Assembly (NCBI GenBank): GCA_002269645.1 | Contig: NIVC01002162.1 | Location: forward strand, 62,001-126,000 | Length of the DNA: 64,000 nt | Direction: 5' to 3' | DNA from: Macrostomum lignano | Lineage: Eukaryota | Part shown: piece after piece, positions 23,701-36,174 of the stretch | How the letters are laid out: each line of letters opens with the position of its first letter | Position numbering within the stretch: the stretch's first letter is position 1 | The notes under the pieces: model-generated | What the model saw: only the letters and a program-made list of their open reading frames with translations | Told to the model about the DNA's origin: nothing | Databases searched by the model: none | Program-made: the position numbers and the translations under genes

Positions 23701-26700
23701 TATGGTAGGGTGTTAGTGGATATGGTAGGGTGTTAGTGGATATTGTAGGGTGTTAGTGGATATGGTAGGGTGTTAGTGGATATTGTAGGGTGTTAGTGGA
23801 TATTGTAGGGTGTTAGTGGATATGGTAGGGTGTTAGTGGATATGGTAGGGTGTTAGTGGATATTGTAGGGTGTTAGTGGATATGGTAGGGTGTTAGTGGA
23901 TATGGTAGGGTGTTAGTGGATATGGTAGGGTGTTAGTGGATATTGTAGGGTGTCAGTGGATATTGTAGGGTGTCAGTGGATATGGTAGGGTGTTAGTGGA
24001 TATTGTAGGGTGTCAGTGGATATTGTAGGGTGTCAGTGGATATTGTAGAGTGTTAGTGGATATGGTAGGGTGTTAGTGGATATGGTAGGGTGTCAGTGGA
24101 TATTGTAGGGTGTTAGTGGATATGGTAGGGTGTTAGTGGATATTGTAGGGTGTCAGTGGATATTGTAGGGTGTCAGTGGATATTGTAGGGTGTTAGTGGA
24201 TATGGTAGGGTGTTAGTGGATATTGTAGGGTGTCAGTGGATATTGTAGGGTGTCAGTGGATATTGTAGGGTGTCAGTGGATATTGTAGGGTGTTAGTGGA
24301 TATGGTAGGGTGTTAGTGGATATTGTAGGGTGTTAGTGGATATGGTAGGGTGTTAGTGGATATGGTAGGGTGTTAGTGGATATGGTAGGGTGTTAGTGGA
24401 TATGGTAGGGTGTTAGTGGATATGGTAGGGTGTCAGTGGATATGGTAGGGTGTTAGTGGATATTGTAGGGTGTTAGTGGATATTGTAGGGTGTCAGTGGA
24501 TATTGTAGGGTGTTAGTGGATATGGTAGGGTGTTAGTGGATATTGTAGGGTGTCAGTGGATATTGTAGGGTGTCAGTGGATATTGTAGGGTGTTAGTGGA
24601 TATGGTAGGGTGTTAGTGGATATTGTAGGGTGTCAGTGGATATTGTAGGGTGTCAGTGGATATTGTAGGGTGTTAGTGGATATGGTAGGGTGTTAGTGGA
24701 TATTGTAGGGTGTTAGTGGATATGGTAGGGTGTTAGTGGATATTGTAGGGTGTCAGTGGATATTGTAGGGTGTTAGTGGATATGGTAGGGTGTTAGTGGA
24801 TATTGTAGGGTGTTAGTGGATATGGTAGGGTGTTAGTGGATATTGTAGGGTGTTAGTGGATATGGTAGGGTGTCAGTGGATATTGTAGGGTGTTAGTGGA
24901 TATGGTAGGGTGTTAGTGGATATTGTAGGGTGTTAGTGGATATTGTAGGGTGTTAGTGGATATGGTAGGGTGTTAGTGGATATGGTAGGGTGTTAGTGGA
25001 TATGGTAGGGTGTTAGTGGATATGGTAGGGTGTTAGTGGATATGGTAGGGTGTTAGTGGATATGGTAGGGTGTTAGTGGATATGGTAGGGTGTTAGTGGA
25101 TATGGTAGGGTATTAGTGGATATTGTAGGGTGTTAGTGGATATGGTAGGGTGTTAGTGGATATTGTAGGGTGTTAGTGGATATTGTAGGGTGTTAGTGGA
25201 TATGGTAGGGTGTTAGTGGATATGGTAGGGTGTTAGTGGATATGGTAGGGTGTTAGTGGATATGGTAGGGTGTTAGTGGATATGGTAGGGTGTTAGTGGA
25301 TATGGTAGGGTATTAGTGGATATTGTAGGGTGTTAGTGGATATGGTAGGGTGTTAGTGGATATTGTAGGGTGTTAGTGGATATGGTAGGGTGTTAGTGGA
25401 TATTGTAGGGTGTTAGTGGATATGGTAGGGTGTTAGTGGATATGGTAGGGTGTTAGTGGATATGGTAGGGTGTTAGTGGATATGGTAGGGTGTTAGTGGA
25501 TATGGTAGGGTGTTAGTGGATATGGTAGGGTGTTAGTGGATATGGTAGGGTGTTAGTGGATATGGTAGGGTGTCAGTGGATATGGTAGGGTGTTAGTGGA
25601 TATTGTAGGGTGTTAGTGGATATGGTAGGGTGTTAGTGGATATGGTAGGGTGTTAGTGGATATGGTAGGGTGTTAGTGGATATGGTAGGGTGTTAGTGGA
25701 TATGGTAGGGTGTTAGTGGATATGGTAGGGTGTTAGTGGATATGGTAGGGTGTTAGTGGATATGGTAGGGTGTTAGTGGATATGGTAGGGTGTTAGTGGA
25801 TATGGTAGGGTGTTAGTGGATATGGTAGGGTGTTAGTGGATATGGTAGGGTGTTAGTGGATATGGTAGGGTGTTAGTGGATATGGTAGGGTGTTAGTGGA
25901 TATGGTAGGGTGTTAGTGGATATTGTAGGGTGTTAGTGGATATGGTAGGGTGTTAGTGGATATGGTAGGGTGTTAGTGGATATGGTAGGGTGTTAGTGGA
26001 TATGGTAGGGTGTTAGTGGATATGGTAGGGTGTCAGTGGATATGGTAGGGTGTTAGTGGATATGGTAGGGTGTCAGTGGATATGGTAGGGTGTTAGTGGA
26101 TATGGTAGGGTTTCAGTGGATATGGTAGGGTGTTAGTGGATATGGTAGGGTGTTAGTGGATATGGTAGGGTGTTAGTGGATATGGTAGGGTGTCAGTGGA
26201 TATGGTAGGGTGTTAGTGGATATGGTAGGGTGTTAGTGGATATTGTAGGGTGTTAGTGGATATGGTAGGGTGTTAGTGGATATGGTAGGGTGTTAGTGGA
26301 TATGGTAGGGTGTTAGTGGATATGGTAGGGTGTTAGTGGATATGGTAGGGTGTTAGTGGATATTGTAGGGTGTTAGTGGATATGGTAGGGTGTTAGTGGA
26401 TATGGTAGGGTGTTAGTGGATATGGTAGGGTGTTAGTGGATATTGTAGGGTGTTAGTGGATATGGTAGGGTGTTAGTGGATATGGTAGGGTGTTAGTGGA
26501 TATGGTAGGGTGTTAGTGGATATGGTAGGGTGTTAGTGGATATGGTAGGGTGTTAGTGGATATGGTAGGGTGTTAGTGGATATTGTAGGGTGTTAGTGGA
26601 TATGGTAGGGTGTTAGTGGATATTGTAGGGTGTTAGTGGATATGGTAGGGTGTTAGTGGATATGGTAGGGTGTTAGTGGATATGGTAGGGTGTTAGTGGA

Positions 26701-29700
26701 TATGGTAGGGTGTTAGTGGATATTGTAGGGTGTTAGTGGATATGGTAGGGTGTTAGTGGATATTGTAGGGTGTTAGTGGATATGGTAGGGTGTTAGTGGA
26801 TATTGTAGAGTGTTAGTGGATATGGTAGGGTGTTAGTGGATATTGTAGGGTGTTAGTGGATATGGTAGGGTATTAGTGGATATTGTAGGGTGTTAGTGGA
26901 TATTGTAGGGTGTTAGTGGATATGGTAGGGTGTTAGTGGATATGGTAGGGTGTTAGTGGATATTGTAGGGTGTTAGTGGATATGGTAGGGTGTTAGTGGA
27001 TATGGTAGGGTGTTAGTGGATATTGTAGGGTGTTAGTGGATATGGTAGGGTGTTAGTGGATATTGTAGGGTGTTAGTGGATATGGTAGGGTGTTAGTGGA
27101 TATTGTAGGGTGTTAGTGGATATGGTAGGGTGTTAGTGGATATGGTAGGGTGGTAGTGGATATTGTAGGGTGTTAGTGGATATGGTAGGGTATTAGTGGA
27201 TATTGTAGGGTGTTAGTGGATATGGTAGGGTGTTAGTGGATATGGTAGGGTGTTAGTGGATATGGTAGGGTGTTAGTGGATATGGTAGGGTGTTAGTGGA
27301 TATTGTAGGGTGTTAGTGGATATGGTAGGGTGTTAGTGGATATTGTAGGGTGTTAGTGGATATGGTAGGGTGTTAGTGGATATTGTAGGGTGTTAGTGGA
27401 TATTGTAGGGTGTTAGTGGATATGGTAGGGTGTTAGTGGATATTGTAGGGTGTCAGAGGATATTGTAGGGTGTCAGTGGATATGGTTGGGTGTCAGAGGA
27501 TATTGTAGGGTGTCAGAGGATATGCGGGGTGTCAGAAATACTTGACTTGTCCCCCTCAGGCCCAGCTGGACTCCGGCAGAGAGCAGCGCAGCAGTCTTGC
27601 CCGCGACATCGAGGAGCAACGCTCGGGCATTGATTCGCTATTCGAAGGCGATGATGAAGCATTAGAAACTCGACTAGCCAGTGTTGCTAAGGAAGACGCC
27701 GAACTTGACTCGCGTCTGGCTAAGCTGCGCCGCGATCTGGACTCGGCTCGCGCGTCGGAGTCGGCTCTGGAGGCGCAGGCTCAGGCACTGGCTGTTGAGC
27801 TGGGCCGCCTGCAGCAGGAGCGGGACAGGGCCGAGGCGGTGGGGCGCGAGGCCCAGGCTCTAGCTAGCCGGCTGGCTGACAAACTGGCCGATGAGGCGGC
27901 TACTGAGCAGAGTGGCGATGGTGAAGATGCTGAGGCTGAGTTTGATGAGCCTGATGGACTGTCGGCTGGGGATAAAGGTAGGGAAGAATTCTATCTTCCT
28001 GTCTGACCAAATTTGTGTAGAATTCTCTTCAATCTCACCTGTAGAATTCTCCACAATCTCACCTGTAGAATTCTCCCCAATCTCACCTGTAGAATTCTCC
28101 CCAATCTCACCTGTAGAATTCTCCCCAATCTCACCTGTAAAATTCTCCCCAATCTCACCTGTAAAATTCTCCCCAATCTCACCTAAAGAATTCTCTCCAA
28201 TCTCACCTGTAGAATTCTCCCAAATGTCACCTGTAGAATTCTCCCGATGCCACCTGTAGAATTCTCCCAATGCCACCTGTAGAATTCCCAATCTTACCTG
28301 TAGAATCCTCCCCAATCCCACTTGTAGAATCCTCGCCAATCTTACCTGTAAGAATTCTCCCCCATCAAACCTGTAGAATTCTCCCCACATCAAACCTGTA
28401 GGATTCTCCCCATCAAAACCTGTAGAATTCTCCCCATCTCACTTGTACGCTCGTAGAATCATCCCCAATCTTACCTGTAGAATTCTCCCCAATATCACCT
28501 GTCAGAATGCATCTTATCTCAGCTGTAGAATGCATCTCATCTTAACTGTAGAATGTCTCTCATCTGACCTGTAGAAATGCATCTTATCTCACCTGTAGAA
28601 TGCATCCTATCTCACCTGTACAATGCATCCTATCTCACCTGTACAATGCATCTATCTCACCTGTATAATGTATCTTATCTCACCTGTATAATTTATCTTA
28701 TCTCACCTGTAGAATGTATCTTATCTCACCTGTAGAATTCATGTCATCTCACATGTAGAATGTATCTCATCTCACCTGTAGAATTTATCTCATCTCACCT
28801 GTAGAATTCATGTCATCTCACCTGTAAAATGTATCTCATCTCACCTGTAGAATGTATCTCATCTCACCTGTAGAATGCATCTATCTCACCTGTATAATGT
28901 ATCTTATCTCACCTGTAGAATGCATCCTATCTCACCTGTACAATGCATCTATCTCACCTGTAGAATTTATCTTATCTCACCTGTATAATGTATCTTATCT
29001 CACCTGTAGAATGTATCTTATCTCACCTGTAGAATTCATGTCATCTCACCTGTAGAATGTATCTCATCTCACCTGTAGAATGTATCTTATCTCACCTGTA
29101 GAATGTATCTCATCTCACCTGTAGAATGTATCTCATCTCACCTGTAGAATGTATCTCATCTCACCTGTAGAATGTATCTCATCTCACCTGTAGAATTTAT
29201 CTTATCTCACCTGTATAATGTATCTTATCTCACCTGTAGAATGTATCTCATCTCACCTGTAGAAATCCCCATCTCGCCCTGATCCGCTCTCGCTAGGCTC
29301 CGTAGACGCAGTCCTTCGCCGTCTGGACGCGCACACACGCCGTCTTGACGCTCGCCGTCGCCGCCTAGAAGAAGTGGCTGCGGGCGTCCTCGCCGACGTT
29401 GAGCGTCGACTCGCCGTCGCCAACGACGATCGGAGCCGGGCCAAGCAGCGAATCGAATTCGCCATGGCTCAGGCTGCCCAGTCCACCAGCCGAGCCAAGA
29501 CTCTGCGCTCCGAAGCTGCCGAGGCGGAACGAGCTGCCGGCCGATTGGGGAATCTGCGGGCTCGATTAACTAAAGCGGAGGCTGAACTGGCTGAGGCTGA
29601 GACCGGAACTGATGCTGACGGGGATCGGCGCAGATTGGCTGAGGCGCAGGTGCGCGCTAGAATTCTATTATCCCGAAATCCCCAGATCCCATTGTTAATC

Positions 29701-32700
29701 CCCTTATCCCCAATCCTCAGATCGAATTTCAATCCCTTATCCCGAATCCCCAGATCTCATTTTCAATTCCTTATCCCGAATCCCCAGATCTCATTTTCAA
29801 TCCCTTATCCCGAATCCCCAGATCTCATTTTCAATTCCTTATCCCGAATCCCCAGATCTCATTTTCAATCCCCTTATCCCGAATTCCCAGATCTCATTTT
29901 CAATCCCCTTATCCCGAATCCCCAGGTCACATTTTCAATCCCCTTATCCCGAATCCCCAGGTCAAATTTTCAATCCCCTTATCCCGAATCCCCAGATCTC
30001 ATTTTCAATCCCCTTATCCCGAATCCCCAGATCTCATTTTCAATCCCCTTATCCCGAATCCCCAGATCTCATTTTCAATCCCCTTATCCCGAATCCCCAG
30101 ATCTCATTTTCAATCCCCTTATCCCGAATCCCCAGGTCAAATTTTCAATCCCCTTATCCCGAATCCCCAGATCTCATTTTCAATCCCCTTATCCCGAATC
30201 CCCAGGTCTCATTTTCAATCCCCTTATCCCGAATCCCCAGATCTCATTTTCAATCCCCTTATCCCGAATCCCCAGATCTCATTTTCAATCCCCTTATCCC
30301 GAATCCCCAGGTCACATTTTCAATCCCCTTATCCCGAATCCCCAGATCACATTTTCAATATCCTTATCCCGAATCCCCAGGTCACATTTTCAATATCCTT
30401 ATCCCGAATCCCCAGGTCACATTTTCAATCCCCTTATCCCGAATCCCCAGATCTCATTTTCAATCCCCTTATCCCGAATCCCCAGGTCACATTTTCAATC
30501 CCCTTATCCCGAATCCCCAGGTCTCATTTTCAATCCCCTTATCCCGAATCCCCAGATCACATTTTCAATATCCACTTATTCCAAATCATAATCATAAAAA
30601 AGATGCTCAATCTTCTTATCTTGAGTGAATCTCTACTTTTCACATAAATTTCTATCATTACTTTTTATAAGCTTAAAATGACAGAATCGATAAACCCGCG
30701 CCTATTTCTAGTCGCTAATTGACTCCCACCAATCCGAGCTGGACTCGTTGGATTCGCGCATTGAAGCCGCTGTGCGAGGCGCGGCCGCTCGAGCCGAAAC
30801 TGCCGCCGTTAGAAAGGAACTGGCGGCCAAGACTGCCCAGTTGGAACGATTGCGCAATCGTCACGGAGACGAACTGGCCGAGGTGAGGGCTGTGTAATCA
30901 TAGTGTAAATTTATTTTGTATACTCGTAAGTAGTTAAGATTCAGCTAAAATTCTTTTAACTTGGAGATTTTGGACAGAATCTAATTTGGAATTTCGGACA
31001 GTATCTGGGAAATAGTGATTTTGGACAGCCGTTAACTGATATTTCGGACAGTAGTTAACTGATATTTCGGACAGTAGTTAACTGATATTTCGGACAGTAG
31101 TTGACAGATATTTCGGACAGTAGTTGACAGATATTTCGGACAGTAGTTAACTGATATTTCGGACAGTAGTTAACTAATATTTCGGATAGTAGTTAACTGA
31201 TATTTTGGACAGTAGTTGACAGATATTTCGGACAGTAGTTAACAGATATTTCGGACAGTAGTTAACTGATATTTCGGACAGTAGTTAACTGATATTTCGG
31301 ACAGTAGTTAACTGATATTTCGGACAGTAGTTAACTGATATTTCGGACAGTAGTTAACTGATATTTCGGACAGTAGTTAACTGATATTTCGGACACTAGT
31401 TAACTGATATTTCGGACACTAGTTAACTGGTATTTCGGACAGTAGTTAACTGATATTTCGGACAGTAGTTAACTAATATTTCGGACAGTAGTTAACTGAT
31501 ATTTCGGACAGTAGTTAACTGATATTTCGGACAGTAGTTAACTGGTATTTCGGACAGTAGTTAACTGATATTTCGGACAGTAGTTAACTGATATTTCGGA
31601 CAGTAGTTAACTGATATTTCGGACAGTAGTTAACTAATATTTCGGATAGTAGTTAACTGATATTTTGGACAGTAGTTGACAGATATTTCGGACAGTAGTT
31701 AACTGATATTTCGGACAGTAGTTAACTAATATTTCGGACAGTAGTTAACTGATATTTCGGACAGTAGTTGACAGATATTTCGGACAGTAGTTGACAGATA
31801 TTTCGGACAGTAGTTAACTGATATTTCGGACAGTAGTTAACCGAGATTTCGGAAGATTTCGTATATTAATGCTTGTTGTATTTCGGACAGGAAGGGAAAA
31901 GCAAGTTTCCGAGCAACTCCCCAATGCACTTTTCCCCATAACTCGCATCCCATTTATCCAGTTGCTGGGCTCGCCGGTGCCACAGTTATCTTCAAGCGCC
32001 GCTACTCAACTTAAGCGCCGTTTTCTGGACCTGCAATCAACCGCCGAGAGAGAGTCGCGCTCGGCCGAAACGGCTCTGGCCGAGCGGCGCTGCGATCGCG
32101 GCCGAATTGAGACCGAGCTGAGCCACCTGCGCGAGCAGAAGCGCCGATTGGATGCCGACAGGCGCTCGTTGGAGGAGCGACTTATCAACGCCTGCGGCGG
32201 CGGCGATGCAGAATCGGCGGCTACCGCCGTGGCCGAAGCTGAAGAGCGCCGGGCCAAAGCTGAGGATGAGAAAGCGCTGCTGCAGGGCGAGCTGCACGTG
32301 TATCGGGCGTTTTTGGAGAAGTGAGTCTTTTTTTTCTGCTTCTGGCGCCTCAGCATCCCTATGAAGCCTCAGCATCCCTTTGAAGCCTCAGCATCCCTAT
32401 GAAGCCTCAGCATCCATATGAAGCCTCAGCATCCCTATGAAGCCTCAGCATCCCTATGAAGCCTCAGCATCCCTATGAAGCCTCAGCATCTCTATGAAGC
32501 CTCCGCATCCCTATGAAGCCTCCGCTTCCCTGTGGCACCTCAGCATCTCCCTTTGGCACCTCAGCATCTCCCTTTGGCACCTCAGCATCTCCCTGTGGCA
32601 CCTCAGCATCTCCCTTTGGCACCTCAGCATCTCCCTATGGCACCTCAGCATCTCCCTATGGCACCTCAGCATCTCCCTATGGCACCTCAGCATCTCCCTT

Positions 32701-35373
32701 TGGCACCTCAGCATCTCCCTTTGGCACCTCAGCATCTCCCTATGGCACCTCAGCATCTCCCTTTGGCACCTCAGCATCTCCCTATGGCACCTCAGCATCT
32801 CCCTATGGCACCTCAGCATCTCCCTATGGCACCTCAGCATCTCCCTTTGGCACCTCAGCATCTCCCTTTGGCACCTCAGCATCTCCCTATGGCACCTCAG
32901 CATCTCCCTATGGCACCTCAGCATCTCCCTATGGCACCTCAGCATCTCCCTATGGCACCTCAGCATCTCCCTATGGCACCTCAGCATCTCCCTATGGCAC
33001 CTCAGCATCTCCCTATGGCACCTCAGCATCTCCCTATGGCACCTCAGCATCTCCCTATGGCACCTCAGCATCTCCCTTTGGCACCTCAGCATCTCCCTGT
33101 GGCACCTCAGCATCTCCCTTTGGCACCTCAGCATCTCCCTGTGGCACCTCAGCATCTCCCTGTGGCACCTCAGCATCCCCTATGGCACCTCAGCATCTCC
33201 CTGTGGCACCTCAGCATCTCCCTATGGCACCTCAGCATCCCCCTGTGGCACCTCAGCATCTCCCTTTGGCACCTCAGCATCTCCCTGTGGCACCTCAGCA
33301 TCTCCCTGTGGCACCTCAGCATCCCCCTGTGGCACCTCAGCATCTCCCTGTGGCACCTCAGCATCTCCCTATGGCACCTCAGCATCCCCCTGTGGCACCT
33401 CAGCATCTTCCTATGGCACCTCAGCATCTGCCTTCATCGTTTCAGTATCTCATTCCAAGAACAAACGATATCTTAACTCAAATAAAGCCATCCTCATCCT
33501 CACAAAGCATCCCCAACACAACCCCAGAGTCCGTTCCAAACCTGCCGCTCAAGCCGCCTGCGCCCTGTGCGATCGGCGTTTCGCCGGCTCAGCAGAGGTG
33601 CGCGATCACATAGACCGGCTGGAGCGCCTCGCCGAGCGGCTGCCAAGTCGACTTCGCGATGCCGAAGCGGCAGCCGCCGAAGCCGCCACCCGCTGCGAGG
33701 AGCTCCTGCTGATGCGCCCGGTGGTTGAACGCCTGGCCGAGCTGTCCAACGTTGAGGCGCCAAAACTGTCGGAGAAACTCAGCGCCACCGAGTCGCGCCT
33801 AGCCGAGTCTCGACGCGCAATCGCCGAACTGGAGAAGCTAGCGGTTGAACGGCGCCAGATTAGCGCCAGATGTCAGGCGCTAGAATCCGACGTGCGCGCT
33901 ATGGAAAGTCTGGCGCTAGAAGCCGACGGACTCGCCGAACGATGCCGCGTTAGTGACAACGGCGACGATCAGGGCGACGGCGAGGGCGACGGTCTGGCGG
34001 CTCTGCAGGACAGCCGGCGCAAAGTGAAAGCCGCCTACGATGCCGCTTCGGCTGAGGCGCGCTCGGCGCGTCAAGCTGCCGAACAGCGCGCAGAACGGCG
34101 CCAATCGGCGCTCGAATCGGTGAACAAATTGCGCTCCGAGCGGCTGACAGCCGAGGAGAAGCTTCGAGATGCGGCCAGGCTGACTCAGGTAAGAGAGAGA
34201 ACTAGTCAAATAATTATCTCCCTCAGACAAGCCTGATATTCTTCTCACCCCTCACATAATTCTCCTCATTTGATTCCCTTTAGATAATTTCCCTCATAAT
34301 CCTCCCCACGCTTTTCCCCTCGCGTAATTCCCTGCTCATACATTAATTCATCTCATTCTTCCCCTGAAGTAGTTTCCCTCACGTAGTTCCCTTAACGTAA
34401 TACTCCTCTAGTAATTCCCTTCGGCTTCACATAATATCCCTTTAGTAATTATTCACAAAATATCCCTCTAGTGATTCCTTTTACACAATCCCCCTCTAGT
34501 AATTCCCTTCACATAATACCCCATAGTAATTCCTTACACTTATTATTGCCTCCTGTAATTTCCCCTGATATTCTTCACCTGAAGTAATTCCCCTAACGTA
34601 ACTCCCTTGACATAGTATTCCTCTAGTAATTACCCAAATTAAATTACCATACCCATGCTAAACCTTTCCCTACCCACCGGCTACCGCAGGAGGCATCCCG
34701 GCTGGAGGCCGAATCAACCGAGGCTTCGTCCCGCGCCGAAGCCGATGGCCGCACGGTGGTGCCCCGACTCGAAGCCGCCGTGGCCGAACTCGAGGCCGAG
34801 CGCGACCAGCTCCGCCGACAGCAGCGCCATGAAGCTGCCGCCGCGTCAGCGGCTTGGGAGGCGGCCGCCACCGACCGGTCCCGGCTGGAGGCGCTTCGTC
34901 GCGAGGCCGCTTCGGCCGGCGCCGACGGGGAAGCCGTGCGCCGTCTCGAGCGGCAGACTCGGCGCCAGGCTGGCCTGGCCGCTTCCAGGGAGGCTGCCGC
35001 AGCCCAGGCGGCGCGACTAGCCGAGCTGCTCGACTCTGAACGGCGCGCCAAGTATGCGCGCGACGCCGAGCGCAAAGATCTGGAAGCTTGCCGGCGAGTG
35101 CGCCAGCTGGAGGCCCGCCTGTCCTGTCTGGACGCCGAGCTGACGGCCCAGACGGCGCAGCTTGCGGCGCTCAACATCGGCGCCGATGCCAGGCAGCGCT
35201 ATCCGCGAATGCGGCGCGAGGAGGAGGCGCTGCGCGAGGAGCGAAGCCGCTTGGAGACCCGGCGCTGCGAGCTGAACGGCCAGGTGCGCGAGCTGGAGAA
35301 AGACCTGGATAAAGAGCTGTTTAGATCGGCCGGCGAGAAGTACCAGGTATGTCTGTCTGTCTGTCTGTCTGTG

Positions 35374-35406
<33 letters not shown>

Positions 35407-35491
35407 GCCTGCCTGCCTGCCTGCCTGTCTGTCTGTCTGTCTGCCTGCCTGTCTGTCTGTCTGTCTGTCTGTATGTCTGTCTGTCTGCCTG

Positions 35492-35542
<51 letters not shown>

Positions 35543-35543
35543 T

Positions 35544-35636
<93 letters not shown>

Positions 35637-35638
35637 TG

Positions 35639-35677
<39 letters not shown>

Positions 35678-35792
35678 GTCTGTCTGTGTGTCTGTCTGTA
35701 TGTCTGTCTGTGTGTCTGTCTGTCTGTATGTCTGTCTGCCTGTCTGTCTGTCTGTCTGTCTGTCTATCTGCCTGTCTGTCTGTCTATCTGCC

Positions 35793-35843
<51 letters not shown>

Positions 35844-35900
35844 GTGTGTCCGTCTGTCTGTCTGTCTGTCTGTCTATCTGCCTGTCTGTCTGTCTGTCAA

Positions 35901-35935
<35 letters not shown>

Positions 35936-36042
35936 GTGTCTGTCTGTATGTCTGTCTGTGTGTCTGTCTGCCTGTCTGTCTGTGTGTCTGTCTGCCTGTC
36001 TGTCTGTCTGTCTGTCTATCTGCCTGTCTGTCTGTCTGTCAA

Positions 36043-36089
<47 letters not shown>

Positions 36090-36104
36090 GTGTCTGTCTG
36101 TGTG

Positions 36105-36174
<70 letters not shown>

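Noticed and set aside
22770-27530. CRISPR-like appearance of this and other regular arrays
   Set aside because: Units are head-to-tail with no unique spacers, the context is a spliced eukaryotic gene, and there are no cas genes.
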